A stretch of DNA of 64,000 nucleotides, from assembly GCF_965641715.1 (NCBI RefSeq), contig NZ_OZ282453.1. One strand, 5' to 3'. Both the position numbers and the translations under genes were made by a program. Of the stretch, positions 24,943 to 37,076 are shown one piece after another (the stretch's first letter is position 1; every line of letters starts with the position of its first letter). The DNA is from Escherichia coli (GTDB lineage: Bacteria; Pseudomonadota; Gammaproteobacteria; Enterobacterales; Enterobacteriaceae). A model generated the notes under the pieces. That model did not search any database, was not told where the DNA came from, and saw nothing but the letters and a program-made list of their open reading frames with translations.

Positions 24943-25488
24943 AGCATCCTCTTAGGTTCAGAAGCTTAAGCACGTAATCGGTTATGTTTTCAAAAGTGCA
25001 AAACCAGCGAGTTCGGGCTTCATATCAGTGAATATTTGCCTGTCTGAAATGAACTCATGGATTCATTTTCAAATAAAAAACGCTCTGTAATATGACGGCG
25101 GTCACACTTATTAGCTGGAAGGTGACTTTATGTGACTACCATCACTTTAATAATCGAAATTTCATGCCCGTTTCAGAAAATAAATCATAAAAAACACAAA
25201 CCAGATGACCGTATTAATTGTTTATGCCGAAAACGGGCATTCCTGGCTTAGGTGAATAGAAAAATGACCGTTTTGATAAATATTTTTAAGAGCGGTCATT
25301 TTTAATGGGGTTATAAAAAGAGAACTTGCAGTTATTTACTGTGATTAGTTGAACCAGGTCACAAAATATAAGCTTGTGAATTTCTTTCTGGTTAATCAGG
25401 AAGAAGATGGTGGGTAATTAAACGGCTAATTCAATAGTGTGAAAGGAACAACATTATTGCCCTGTTTTGAATCAGAGAGAGGTAGCTA
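24943..25488. promoter_or_regulatory. Divergent fucPIKUR / fucAO control region
   Basis: 546-bp AT-rich intergenic region between divergent fucP and fucA starts; individual CRP/FucR sites not mapped here. Confidence 0.6.
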
Positions 25489-26136
25489 ATGGAACGAAAT
25501 AAACTTGCTCGTCAGATTATTGACACTTGCCTGGAAATGACCCGCCTGGGACTGAACCAGGGGACAGCGGGGAACGTCAGTGTACGTTATCAGGATGGGA
25601 TGCTGATTACGCCTACAGGCATTCCATATGAAAAACTGACGGAGTCGCATATTGTCTTTATTGATGGCAACGGTAAACATGAGGAAAGAAAGCTCCCCTC
25701 AAGCGAATGGCGTTTCCATATGGCGGCCTATCAAAGCAGACCGGATGCCAACGCGGTTGTTCACAATCATGCCGTTCATTGCACAGCAGTTTCCATTCTT
25801 AACCGACCGATCCCCGCTATTCACTACATGATTGCGGCGGCTGGCGGTAATTCTATTCCTTGCGCGCCTTATGCGACCTTTGGAACACGCGAACTTTCTG
25901 AACATGTTGCGCTGGCTCTCAAAAATCGTAAGGCAACTTTGTTACAACATCATGGGCTTATCGCTTGTGAGGTGAATCTGGAAAAAGCGTTATGGCTGGC
26001 GCATGAAGTTGAAGTGCTGGCGCAACTTTACCTGACGACCCTGGCGATTACGGACCCGGTGCCAGTGCTGAGCGATGAAGAGATTGCCGTAGTGCTGGAG
26101 AAATTCAAAACCTATGGGTTACGGATTGAAGAGTAA
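25489..26136 (+). CDS. fucA: L-fuculose-1-phosphate aldolase (class II)
   Basis: 215 aa recognised as FucA. Confidence 0.95.
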   Translation: MERNKLARQIIDTCLEMTRLGLNQGTAGNVSVRYQDGMLITPTGIPYEKLTESHIVFIDGNGKHEERKLPSSEWRFHMAAYQSRPDANAVVHNHAVHCTAVSILNRPIPAIHYMIAAAGGNSIPCAPYATFGTRELSEHVALALKNRKATLLQHHGLIACEVNLEKALWLAHEVEVLAQLYLTTLAITDPVPVLSDEEIAVVLEKFKTYGLRIEE

Positions 26137-26163
26137 TTTCGTAAAGCAACAAGGAGAAGGATG

Positions 26164-27312
26164 ATGGCTAACAGAATGATTCTGAACGAAACGGCATGGT
26201 TTGGTCGGGGTGCTGTTGGGGCTTTAACCGATGAGGTGAAACGTCGTGGTTATCAGAAGGCGCTGATCGTCACCGATAAAACGCTGGTGCAATGCGGCGT
26301 GGTGGCGAAAGTGACCGATAAGATGGATGCTGCAGGGCTGGCATGGGCGATTTATGACGGCGTAGTACCCAACCCAACAATTACTGTCGTCAAAGAAGGG
26401 CTCGGTGTATTCCAGAATAGCGGCGCGGATTACCTGATCGCTATTGGTGGTGGTTCTCCACAGGATACTTGTAAAGCGATTGGCATTATCAGCAACAACC
26501 CGGAGTTTGCCGATGTGCGTAGCCTGGAAGGACTTTCCCCGACCAATAAACCCAGTGTACCGATTCTGGCAATCCCCACCACAGCAGGCACTGCGGCAGA
26601 AGTGACCATTAACTACGTGATCACTGACGAAGAAAAACGGCGCAAGTTTGTTTGCGTTGATCCGCATGATATCCCGCAGGTGGCGTTTATTGACGCTGAC
26701 ATGATGGATGGTATGCCTCCAGCGCTGAAAGCTGCGACGGGTGTCGATGCGCTCACTCATGCTATTGAGGGGTATATTACCCGTGGCGCGTGGGCGCTAA
26801 CCGATGCACTGCACATTAAAGCGATTGAAATCATTGCTGGGGCGCTGCGAGGATCTGTTGCTGGTGATAAGGATGCCGGAGAAGAAATGGCGCTCGGGCA
26901 GTATGTTGCGGGTATGGGCTTCTCGAATGTTGGGTTAGGGTTGGTGCATGGTATGGCGCATCCACTGGGCGCGTTTTACAACACTCCACACGGTGTTGCG
27001 AACGCCATCCTGTTACCGCATGTCATGCTCTATAACGCTGACTTTACCGGTGAGAAGTACCGCGATATCGCGCGCGTTATGGGTGTGAAAGTGGAAGGTA
27101 TGAGCCTGGAAGAGGCGCGTAATGCCGCTGTTGAAGCGGTGTTTGCTCTCAACCGTGATGTCGGTATTCCGCCACATTTGCGTGATGTTGGTGTACGCAA
27201 GGAAGACATTCCGGCACTGGCTCAGGCGGCACTGGATGATGTTTGTACCGGTGGCAACCCGCGTGAAGCAACGCTTGAGGATATTGTAGAGCTTTACCAT
27301 ACCGCCTGGTAA
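26164..27312 (+). CDS. fucO: L-1,2-propanediol oxidoreductase (iron-dependent ADH)
   Basis: ORF begins MMANRM; second Met taken as start; Fe-ADH family. Confidence 0.9.
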   Translation: MANRMILNETAWFGRGAVGALTDEVKRRGYQKALIVTDKTLVQCGVVAKVTDKMDAAGLAWAIYDGVVPNPTITVVKEGLGVFQNSGADYLIAIGGGSPQDTCKAIGIISNNPEFADVRSLEGLSPTNKPSVPILAIPTTAGTAAEVTINYVITDEEKRRKFVCVDPHDIPQVAFIDADMMDGMPPALKAATGVDALTHAIEGYITRGAWALTDALHIKAIEIIAGALRGSVAGDKDAGEEMALGQYVAGMGFSNVGLGLVHGMAHPLGAFYNTPHGVANAILLPHVMLYNADFTGEKYRDIARVMGVKVEGMSLEEARNAAVEAVFALNRDVGIPPHLRDVGVRKEDIPALAQAALDDVCTGGNPREATLEDIVELYHTAW

Positions 27313-27324
27313 ATGCGCTGATGT

Positions 27325-27366
27325 GATAATGCCGGATACGACGTTTGCGGCGTATCCGGCTCGCCG
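27325..27366. repeat. REP element between fucO and xni
   Basis: gccggatacgacgtttgcggcgtatccggc palindrome. Confidence 0.6.
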
Positions 27367-28233
<867 letters not shown>

Positions 28234-29601
28234 TTAATCGCAGGCAACGATCTTCATTGCCAGGCCGCCGCGAGAGGTTTCGCGGTACTTGGCGTTCATA
28301 TCTTTACCTGTTTCGTACATGGTTTCGATAACTTTATCGAGGCAGACGCGCGGCTCGCTGGTACGGCGCAGCGCCATACGTGCGGCGTTCACCGCTTTTA
28401 CTGCCGCAATGGCGTTACGCTCGATGCATGGCACCTGTACCTGTCCGGCGACCGGGTCACACGTCAGACCGAGGTTGTGCTCCATGGCGATTTCCGCCGC
28501 GATGCACACCTGCGCCGGGCTTGCGCCTAATAGTTCTGCCAGACCAGCCGCCGCCATTGAGCACGCCACGCCAACTTCACCCTGGCAACCCACTTCAGCA
28601 CCAGAAATCGACGCGTTCATCTTATAAAGAGAACCAATGGCGCTGGCTACCAGCAGGTAACGAGCCAGTGAGTTAGCGTTCACTTCGCGGATAAACTTAT
28701 CGTAGTACGCCAGCACAGCCGGGATAATCCCGCACGCACCGTTAGTCGGCGCAGTCACCACGCGACCGCCAGCGGCGTTCTCTTCGTTCACTGCCAGTGC
28801 AAACATGTTGATCCAGTCAACAACCGCCATCGGGTCAGTGGTGGTTTTATCCTGGCTGACCAGCATCCGGCGTAGTGCCGCAGCACGGCGTGGAACGCGC
28901 AGTTTGCCAGGCAACACGCCTTCGGTAGAAATACCGCGCTCAATACCGCCGCGCATGACTTCCCAGACGTTCGCCAGGTGCTGTTCCAGCTCTTCTTTGC
29001 TGTGCAGCGCCAGCTCGTTTTTCATCATCAGGCCAGAGAGTGACAGCCCGGTTTCCTGACAATGTTTTTGCAGATCGGCTGCTGAACTGTACGGATAAGG
29101 AACTTCAACCGGTGCGCTATCCTGCTGGCCAAAATGCTCTTCATCAACGATAAAGCCACCGCCAATAGAGTAGTAAGTCTGACTGTAAACGACTTTATCA
29201 CCCGCCAGCGCGGTAATGCGCATACCGTTTTCATGCAGAGAAAGGTTGTCTGCATGGAAGTTCATGCACTGATCAACCGGGAACTCCACTTCATGCTGAC
29301 CGTTTGCCAGCATCAGGCGACCATGAGTATTCACATCCTGAATAAAACCAGGGATGGAATCGATATCCACGGTATCCGGCAGGTTACCCGCCAGGCCCAT
29401 AATAATGGCGATATCAGTGTGGTGGCCTTTACCAGTCAGAGAGAGCGAGCCGTACACGTCAACCACCACGCGGGTCACGTCTTTAAGCAGGTTACGGGCA
29501 ATCAGATCGTCGGTAAATTGTTTACCCGCTTTCATTGGTCCAACGGTATGAGAACTGGAAGGGCCAATGCCGATTTTGAAAATATCGAATACGCTAATCA
29601 T
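28234..29601 (-). CDS. sdaB: L-serine dehydratase 2 (Fe-S)
   Basis: 455 aa recognised as SdaB. Confidence 0.95.
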   Translation of the reverse strand: MISVFDIFKIGIGPSSSHTVGPMKAGKQFTDDLIARNLLKDVTRVVVDVYGSLSLTGKGHHTDIAIIMGLAGNLPDTVDIDSIPGFIQDVNTHGRLMLANGQHEVEFPVDQCMNFHADNLSLHENGMRITALAGDKVVYSQTYYSIGGGFIVDEEHFGQQDSAPVEVPYPYSSAADLQKHCQETGLSLSGLMMKNELALHSKEELEQHLANVWEVMRGGIERGISTEGVLPGKLRVPRRAAALRRMLVSQDKTTTDPMAVVDWINMFALAVNEENAAGGRVVTAPTNGACGIIPAVLAYYDKFIREVNANSLARYLLVASAIGSLYKMNASISGAEVGCQGEVGVACSMAAAGLAELLGASPAQVCIAAEIAMEHNLGLTCDPVAGQVQVPCIERNAIAAVKAVNAARMALRRTSEPRVCLDKVIETMYETGKDMNAKYRETSRGGLAMKIVACD

Positions 29602-29658
29602 AGGAAATACATCGCGTTAAAACGGAGGAAGCGCCGCCCGAAAGCGGCGCGAAAGGAC

Positions 29659-30948
29659 TTAGCTGAACAGAGAGTAGAAGATTGCGGAGATTGCAATCAG
29701 ACCCATCACGACAACGAATACGTTGCTGATGTGACCGCTGTACTTACGCATTGCCGGTACTTTCTGAATTGCGTACATCGGCATCAGGAACAGGATCATC
29801 GCGATGATTGGGCCGCCCAGGGTTTCAATCATACCCAGGATGCTCGGGTTCAGGGTGGCAACAATCCAGGTCGTTACCAGCATGAACAGCGCAGTGATAC
29901 GGTTCAGCTTGTTGATTTCAATAGACTTACCTTTACCACGCAGAGATTTAATCACCATACCGTTGAAGCCTTCACGTGCGCCCAGGTAGTGGCCGAGGAA
30001 GGATTTGGTGATAGCGATAATCGCGATAATCGGAGCCATCCACGCGATAACCGGTGCGTTAAAGTGGTTAGCCAGGTAAGACAGAATCGAGATGTTCTGC
30101 TCTTTAGCCGCAGCCAGGTCTGCCGGAGTCAGGCTCAGTACGCAGCTGAAGACGAAGAACATTACGGTCAGCACCATCATGATGTGTGCGAATGCCAGGA
30201 TCTTCGAGCATTTCTGTTCTGCCATATCGCCGTACTCTTCACGCTTCGCAACGGCGAAAGAAGAGATGATCGGAGAGTGGTTGAACGAGAACACCATTAC
30301 CGGAATTGCCAGCCACAGGGTCATCCACAGACCGTTTCCGGTTGCAGATGCAGTGTCCAGAGACAGCGTTTCCAGTGCTGCGCCGTTCCACTGCGGGATC
30401 AGGTACAGAGCCAGCAGCATCAGTACGCCAACAAACGGGAATACCAGAATACTCATCGCTTTAACGATCATCTGTTCACCAAAGCGAACGATGGTCATCA
30501 TACCCACGATCAGGATCAGCGACAGAATCGCACGCGGCGGTGGTGTCATACCCAGCTGGTGAGACATGAAGCTTTCAACTGTATTGGTGATTGCCACGCT
30601 ATAAACCAGCAGGATCGGGTAGATAGCGAAGAAGTAGAGCAGGGTAATCAGTTTACCTGCGCCAATACCAAAGTGTTCTTCTACAACCTCGGTAATGTCT
30701 TCGCCCGGGTTTTTACCAGACAGTACGAAGCGAGTCAGGCCGCGGTGAGCAAAAAACGTCATCGGGAACGCAAGGATAGCCATGATGATCAGCGGGATCA
30801 TACCGCCAACACCGGCGTTGATTGGCAGGAACAGCACGCCCGCGCCGATTGCCGTGCCGTAAAGGCCCAGCATCCACATGGTGTCTGTCTTGCGCCAGGC
30901 ACTACGAGAGTCTTTCGACGCAATCGTGCTGGTTTGAGTCGTTTCCAT
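29659..30948 (-). CDS. sdaC: Serine:H+ symporter
   Basis: 429 aa polytopic membrane protein recognised as SdaC. Confidence 0.95.
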   Translation of the reverse strand: METTQTSTIASKDSRSAWRKTDTMWMLGLYGTAIGAGVLFLPINAGVGGMIPLIIMAILAFPMTFFAHRGLTRFVLSGKNPGEDITEVVEEHFGIGAGKLITLLYFFAIYPILLVYSVAITNTVESFMSHQLGMTPPPRAILSLILIVGMMTIVRFGEQMIVKAMSILVFPFVGVLMLLALYLIPQWNGAALETLSLDTASATGNGLWMTLWLAIPVMVFSFNHSPIISSFAVAKREEYGDMAEQKCSKILAFAHIMMVLTVMFFVFSCVLSLTPADLAAAKEQNISILSYLANHFNAPVIAWMAPIIAIIAITKSFLGHYLGAREGFNGMVIKSLRGKGKSIEINKLNRITALFMLVTTWIVATLNPSILGMIETLGGPIIAMILFLMPMYAIQKVPAMRKYSGHISNVFVVVMGLIAISAIFYSLFS

Positions 30949-31504
30949 CTATTTCTCCTGGAGGAATGCAAATAATTCAGCTTTTAGCCAGTTCAGCCCG
31001 GGAAGGTGCCTGACCGTAAAAATGAAATCTGTCTATCGGCGATGGCTTAATCATTTACCGCCGTAATAATTTGAGGGCGGAAAGATACACACAAGTTATG
31101 TATCTATCAGTGATCTTGATCCCAAATACAATAATCTACTTGGAAGATAGATTATCCCAACGCTTTACTCTGTAAATCAAAAGTAAAAGAGAATTTAAGG
31201 GCAATATTTGCCCATTAAACGACATCTGACTTCTTCCGGGGCGCGCAATATATGTAGGTTGAACTGAAAAAATCAATACTTTTAGTTAATCATGGCGATA
31301 ATTTCTTTTTCATAGCGATAAAATACGGTTTATGAAAATAGGGAAACGTTTGCGTTGCAATATAAATTGTATGACATATTAACTGTGATGATATTTGTCG
31401 CGTGAGGGTGGTAAGAAACATTCATATAACAAATGAAATGAGTTGATGAGTAAGTGACCAAAAACGAGAAAACCCGGCAACAAACGTCACCGGGGGAGGG
31501 GAGA

Positions 31505-32869
31505 TTACGTGCAGATTTCGTAGCAAGGGATGTAGGCTGAGCCTGGCAACTTCATACGATGCTGGGCAACAAAACCCTGTAGCAGGTCGTCCATACGACG
31601 CATAATCTCTTTATCGCCGTTGATTTTGTAAGGACCAAACTCTTCAATGGCGCGAATACCGACTTCTTTTACGTTACCCGCCACAATACCGGAGAACGCA
31701 CGGCGCAGGTCGGCAGCCAGCACTTCAACAGGTTGATCCGGGTAAAGCTTCAGATTAGCCATATTCTCGTGAGACGGCTCAAACGGCATTTGCAAATCTG
31801 GTGCAATGCGCATTGACCAGTTAAAGCTGTAAGCGTCACCAGTGTCGCGGCGATTTTCTTTCACCAGCGGCATCGATTTTTTCATCTGACGAGCGACTTC
31901 AGCGGCGTCATCAATGATGATGCGGTAATGGCGGCGCGCGTTTTCACCCAGCGTATGCACGACAAACTCGTCCAGTACGCGGAAGTAGTCGGCGCTCTCT
32001 TTCGGGCCGGTGAGGATCAATGGTAAAACCTGATCTTTGTTGGCCGGGTTCATTAAAATTCCCAGCAAATACAGCAACTCTTCTGCCGTACCCACACCGC
32101 CAGGGAAGATAATGATACCGTGAGCGATACGGACAAACGCTTCCAGACGTTTTTCGATATCTGGCATGATGATCAATTCGTTGACCAGCGGGTTAGGCGG
32201 TTCAGCGGCGATAATCGACGGCTCTGTCATACCAATAAAACGACTGTCTTTGTAACGCTGCTGCGCGTGTCCGACCGCAGCACCTTTCATCGGCGCTTCC
32301 ATCGCTCCCGGACCACAGCCGGTGCAGATATTCAGCTCACGCAGGCCCAGCTGGTTTCCGACGCGACGGGCATACAAATACTCATTTTCGTTAATTGAGT
32401 GACCGCCCCAGCAGACCACCATATTTGGCGCTTCACCCACATGCAGCGCGCGAGCGTTACGCAAGATGGAAAAGACCAGGTTAGTGATGTGGACGGAGTT
32501 GTCGAGATTCAGGTTGGGAAAACGAACGGTGTTATGGATTTGCCCGTAAACGAAGAGAATGTCTCGCAGAACCGCGAACAAGTTGGCCTGCAAAGCGCGA
32601 ATAATTCGCCCATCGACAAAAGCCTCTTCCGGGGGATTAATCAGTTCCAGCTTTACGCCGCGTTCACGGCGCAGGACGTTAATATCGAAATTTTCAAAAC
32701 GAGACAGCAATTCTTTGCTGTTATCGGTCAAACTACCGGAGTTCAGTACGGCAAGTGAACAGTTGCGAAACAATTGATAGAGGTCGCTGCTGGCGGTGCG
32801 TTTAAGCATATCCACTTCCAGCTGCGACAACATATCCATGGAGCCAAGCGGGCTAATATGTGTAATCAA
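31505..32869 (-). CDS. ppnN: Nucleotide 5'-monophosphate nucleosidase (LOG family)
   Basis: 454 aa recognised as PpnN/YgdH. Confidence 0.9.
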
Positions 32870-32980
32870 GAAAAACTCCTTATGGGACGAATATCGTCAT
32901 TCCCTTTGATTACAATAGCCCTGCCTGATGACCTTTCACAACCTTCTGCGTGAATCCAGCACGCAAAATTGAGAAAAAAT

Positions 32981-33829
32981 TTATTGCCGAACCAGTCTTG
33001 TGGTCGATGGGACAAAATCGCTATTACTGCGCCACGGGTTAATGTCCAGACCGCCACGACGGGTATAACGTGCGTAAACGCTCAATTTCTCTGGCTGGCA
33101 GAAGCGTAACAGGTCATTAAAGATGCGTTCCACGCACTGTTCGTGGAACTCGTTGTGATGACGGAATGAGACCAGGTAACGCAGCAGTTTTTCTCTGTCA
33201 ATTTGGCGTCCACGATACTGAATTTGGATCGAACCCCAATCTGGTTGATGGGTGATCAGGCAGTTTGATTTCAGCAGGTGGCTGACAAGCGTCTCTTCCA
33301 CTACTTTTTCACCACAGGTGGCATTCTCCAGATAGTCAGTAGTGAATTCATAGTTATCGATAGTGATATCCTGGTCATCAATGCAAGTGCCATTGAAATG
33401 ACCTATCGGCTGGCCTTCCAGTTCATCAAGACGATATAACGCCACGCTAACATTACCCTGAGCGCAAGTGCTTAAGTCGCGCTCCAGCGTCTGGCGCACC
33501 TCATCCCAGTTATTAAAACGCGTCTGGTTAAAACTGTTGAGATAGAGCTTAAAACTCTTCGACTCAATCAGATTTACGCTGGTGTAATCAAGTTCAACAT
33601 GACCGACAGCGACCTGCGGCAAACCTTTCGCATTCAGCCAGGAAAGTTCATACAGCGTCCAGATGTCCGCACCTTGAAAAGGCAGGTTATCCGCTTTCAG
33701 ACCCAGCGGATCGCGATTCAGGCTGCGTGGAACGCCTTGCAGTAGGCTGGCGTCATAGGTATCCCGGTAATCGGTTGATTTTCCAAGAGTCAGGCCCGCA
33801 AGTGCCTGATGGTTTGCATAAGAAGACAT
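32981..33829 (-). CDS. queF: NADPH-dependent 7-cyano-7-deazaguanine reductase
   Basis: 282 aa recognised as QueF/YqcD. Confidence 0.9.
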   Translation of the reverse strand: MSSYANHQALAGLTLGKSTDYRDTYDASLLQGVPRSLNRDPLGLKADNLPFQGADIWTLYELSWLNAKGLPQVAVGHVELDYTSVNLIESKSFKLYLNSFNQTRFNNWDEVRQTLERDLSTCAQGNVSVALYRLDELEGQPIGHFNGTCIDDQDITIDNYEFTTDYLENATCGEKVVEETLVSHLLKSNCLITHQPDWGSIQIQYRGRQIDREKLLRYLVSFRHHNEFHEQCVERIFNDLLRFCQPEKLSVYARYTRRGGLDINPWRSNSDFVPSTTRLVRQ

Positions 33830-33896
33830 GTTTCACCGTCATAAACCAGATAAACTAAACGACAAGTGTATCTGGTTTAAGTGAAGAGAGAAATTA

Positions 33897-34442
33897 GTGG
33901 ACGATTTGACCGCACAAGCCCTGAAAGATTTTACTGCACGCTACTGCGATGCGTGGCATGAAGAGCATAAAAGCTGGCCGTTAAGTGAGGAACTGTACGG
34001 CGTTCCTTCACCGTGCATTATTTCAACTACTGAAGATGCCGTATACTGGCAACCCCAGCCGTTTACCGGGGAACAAAATGTAAACGCGGTTGAACGCGCT
34101 TTTGATATTGTGATACAACCCACAATTCATACCTTTTATACGACTCAGTTTGCCGGGGATATGCACGCGCAGTTTGGCGATATCAAACTGACATTGCTGC
34201 AAACCTGGAGTGAAGACGACTTCCGTCGGGTGCAGGAAAATCTGATTGGTCATCTGGTGACTCAGAAAAGGCTAAAACTGCCACCCACGCTATTTATCGC
34301 GACGCTGGAAGAAGAGTTAGAGGTCATCTCGGTGTGTAATCTCTCCGGTGAAGTGTGTAAAGAGACGCTGGGAACACGTAAACGGACGCATTTAGCCTCA
34401 AATCTTGCGGAATTCCTTAATCAACTTAAGCCTCTTCTGTAA
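33897..34442 (+). CDS. syd: SecY-interacting protein Syd
   Basis: 181 aa recognised as Syd. Confidence 0.9.
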
Positions 34443-34461
34443 TCCAAATACCCCATCTGGT

Positions 34462-34479
34462 TGTGAGAGATCTCTTACA
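34462..34479. promoter_or_regulatory. UvrY (GacA-type) response-regulator box upstream of csrB
   Basis: TGTGAGAGATCTCTTACA, an 18-bp near-perfect inverted repeat about 175-190 bp upstream of the csrB 5' end. Confidence 0.65.
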
Positions 34480-34652
34480 GACTCTGTAGGAGATCGCCAG
34501 GAAATAAGCGAATACTTAAAAAGATAAGAATCGTTATTTTCATTTAAAAACAACATGTTGCTTGTTAATTCCTAACTTTCATATGAAATTTTCCTTAAGG
34601 CATTGTCTGTAAGCGCCTTGTAAGACTTCGCGAAAAAGACGATTCTATCTTC

Positions 34653-35019
34653 GTCGACAGGGAGTCAGACAACGAAGTGAACATCAGGATGATGACACTT
34701 CTGAAGGACACACCAGGATGGTGTTTCAGGGAAAGGCTTCTGGATGAAGCGAAGAGGATGACGCAGGACGCGTTAAAGGACACCTCCAGGATGGAGAATG
34801 AGAACCGGTCAGGATGATTCGGTGGGTCAGGAAGGCCAGGGACACTTCAGGATGAAGTATCACATCGGGGTGGTGTGAGCAGGAAGCAATAGTTCAGGAT
34901 GAACGATTGGCCGCAAGGCCAGAGGAAAAGTTGTCAAGGATGAGCAGGGAGCAACAAATGTAGCTGGAATGCTGCGAAACGAACCGGGAGCACTGTGAAT
35001 ACAGTGCTCCCTTTTTTTA
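34653..35019 (+). ncRNA. csrB: CsrB small RNA (CsrA-sequestering RNA)
   Basis: Starts GTCGACAGGGAGTCAGACAACGAAGTGAAC; about 18 GGA-containing CAGGAUG-like motifs; ends in hairpin gggagcactg...cagtgctccc plus T7. Confidence 0.9.
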
Positions 35020-35063
35020 TTCCTGCTATCCTTCGCGGCAGTTTTTCTTATTGAGGTTGCTTT

Positions 35064-35393
35064 ATGACCACTCATGACCGCGTTCGTCTCCAGTTGCAGG
35101 CGCTTGAAGCGTTACTGCGTGAACATCAGCACTGGCGAAACGATGTACCCCAGCCGCATCAATTTAATAGTACCCAACCGTTCTTTATGGACACCATGGA
35201 ACCACTGGAGTGGTTGCAGTGGGTGCTGATCCCGCGAATGCACGATTTGTTAAATAACAACCAGCCGTTACCGGGCGCTTTTGCCGTTGCTCCCTATTAT
35301 GAAATGGCGCTGGCGACGGACCATCCGCAACGCGCGCTTATTCTGGCTGAGTTGGAAAAACTGGATGCTCTTTTTGCGGATGATGCGAGCTAA
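35064..35393 (+). CDS. yqcC: DUF446 family protein
   Basis: 109 aa; stop overlaps truC start. Confidence 0.85.
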   Translation: MTTHDRVRLQLQALEALLREHQHWRNDVPQPHQFNSTQPFFMDTMEPLEWLQWVLIPRMHDLLNNNQPLPGAFAVAPYYEMALATDHPQRALILAELEKLDALFADDAS

Positions 35394-36175
35394 TGCTGGA
35401 AATACTCTATCAGGATGAATGGCTGGTTGCGGTAAATAAACCCTCCGGCTGGCTGGTTCACCGCAGCTGGCTGGATCGCGACGAGAAAGTAGTGGTCATG
35501 CAAACCGTGCGTGACCAGATAGGACAGCATGTTTTTACTGCTCATCGTCTGGACCGACCCACTTCTGGTGTGTTGTTGATGGGATTATCCAGCGAGGCCG
35601 GACGGCTGCTGGCACAACAGTTTGAACAGCACCAAATCCAGAAACGTTACCATGCGATTGTGCGCGGCTGGTTGATGGAAGAAGCGGTGCTGGATTATCC
35701 ACTGGTGGAAGAACTGGACAAAATCGCTGATAAATTTGCCCGCGAAGATAAAGGCCCGCAGCCAGCAGTGACGCATTATCGCGGTCTGGCGACCGTAGAA
35801 ATGCCGGTAGCGACCGGACGTTACCCGACCACGCGCTACGGCCTGGTGGAACTGGAGCCGAAAACCGGACGCAAACATCAGCTTCGCCGACATCTTGCCC
35901 ATTTGCGTCATCCGATTATTGGCGATAGCAAACATGGCGATTTACGCCAGAATCGCAGCGGTGCTGAGCATTTTGGTCTTCAGCGGTTAATGCTGCATGC
36001 CAGTCAGTTGTCATTGACGCATCCTTTTACTGGCGAGCCGCTGACTATTCACGCGGGCCTGGACGACACCTGGATGCAGGCGTTATCACAATTTGGCTGG
36101 CGCGGTCTGCTTCCTGAAAATGAAAGGGTTGAGTTCAGTGCGCCATCAGGTCAGGATGGAGAGATAAGTTCCTAA
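35393..36175 (+). CDS. truC: tRNA pseudouridine(65) synthase
   Basis: 260 aa RluA-family pseudouridine synthase with HRLDRPTSG catalytic motif. Confidence 0.9.
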
Positions 36176-36192
36176 TCCAGGGAGAAAACGGT

Positions 36193-36642
36193 ATGGCGGA
36201 AATTGGTATTTTTGTCGGCACCATGTACGGAAATTCGCTGTTAGTGGCGGAAGAAGCAGAAGCAATTCTGACCGCACAGGGCCACAAAGCAACGGTATTT
36301 GAAGATCCTGAATTAAGCGACTGGCTGCCCTATCAGGATAAGTATGTTCTGGTGGTTACGTCCACGACCGGGCAGGGCGACCTTCCTGATAGCATTGTGC
36401 CGCTCTTTCAGGGAATCAAAGATAGTCTGGGCTTCCAGCCGAATCTGCGTTATGGCGTGATTGCGCTCGGCGACAGCAGTTATGTAAATTTCTGCAATGG
36501 CGGCAAACAGTTCGATGCCTTGTTGCAGGAACAGAGCGCTCAGCGGGTTGGCGAAATGCTGTTGATTGACGCCAGTGAGAACCCGGAACCGGAAACGGAA
36601 TCAAATCCGTGGGTCGAACAGTGGGGCACGCTGTTGTCCTGA
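36193..36642 (+). CDS. yqcA: Short-chain flavodoxin-like protein
   Basis: 149 aa flavodoxin fold. Confidence 0.85.
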
Positions 36643-37076
36643 TATGTTCAGCGAGCGGTAAATGTCGTTTTAGCGGTGCTGAATCGAATCTTTTCAGGCA
36701 AATGCCAGTAAAAACTGCTTCATAGCGCGGATTTTTACTGGCGTTTGCCTGGAGTCAAGCGATCCATTTCATACTCTTCTTTATTTCTTCGTTTTAACCC
36801 TTCCTTTCTTGTTCTTGTTTTCATTTCCGTGAAGTGGATTCCACCGTCCAGGGCTAATGCCAAAATCGGGCCTCATTGAACGCATTAATGTTGTGTTGTT
36901 GCACGGTGAGCCGCTATGGCGCGCTTTTTATACTGCTATTGCCAGATATAAACACGCGCCGTATTCGGCGAACGACCTATAAAAACGGCAAAAAACACCC
37001 TACGTCACCTCTGATTTCCTGGCGATGTCGCAGTCCAGAGTGAGCGTGGCTAACGCGAATTTTCAGGAGTGCAACA

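Noticed and set aside
29134-30975. 613-aa plus-strand ORF rich in His/Arg/Gln
   Set aside because: It lies entirely antisense to sdaB and sdaC, is low-complexity, and has no ribosome-binding site or homologs I recognise; it is a frame artefact of the opposite-strand genes.
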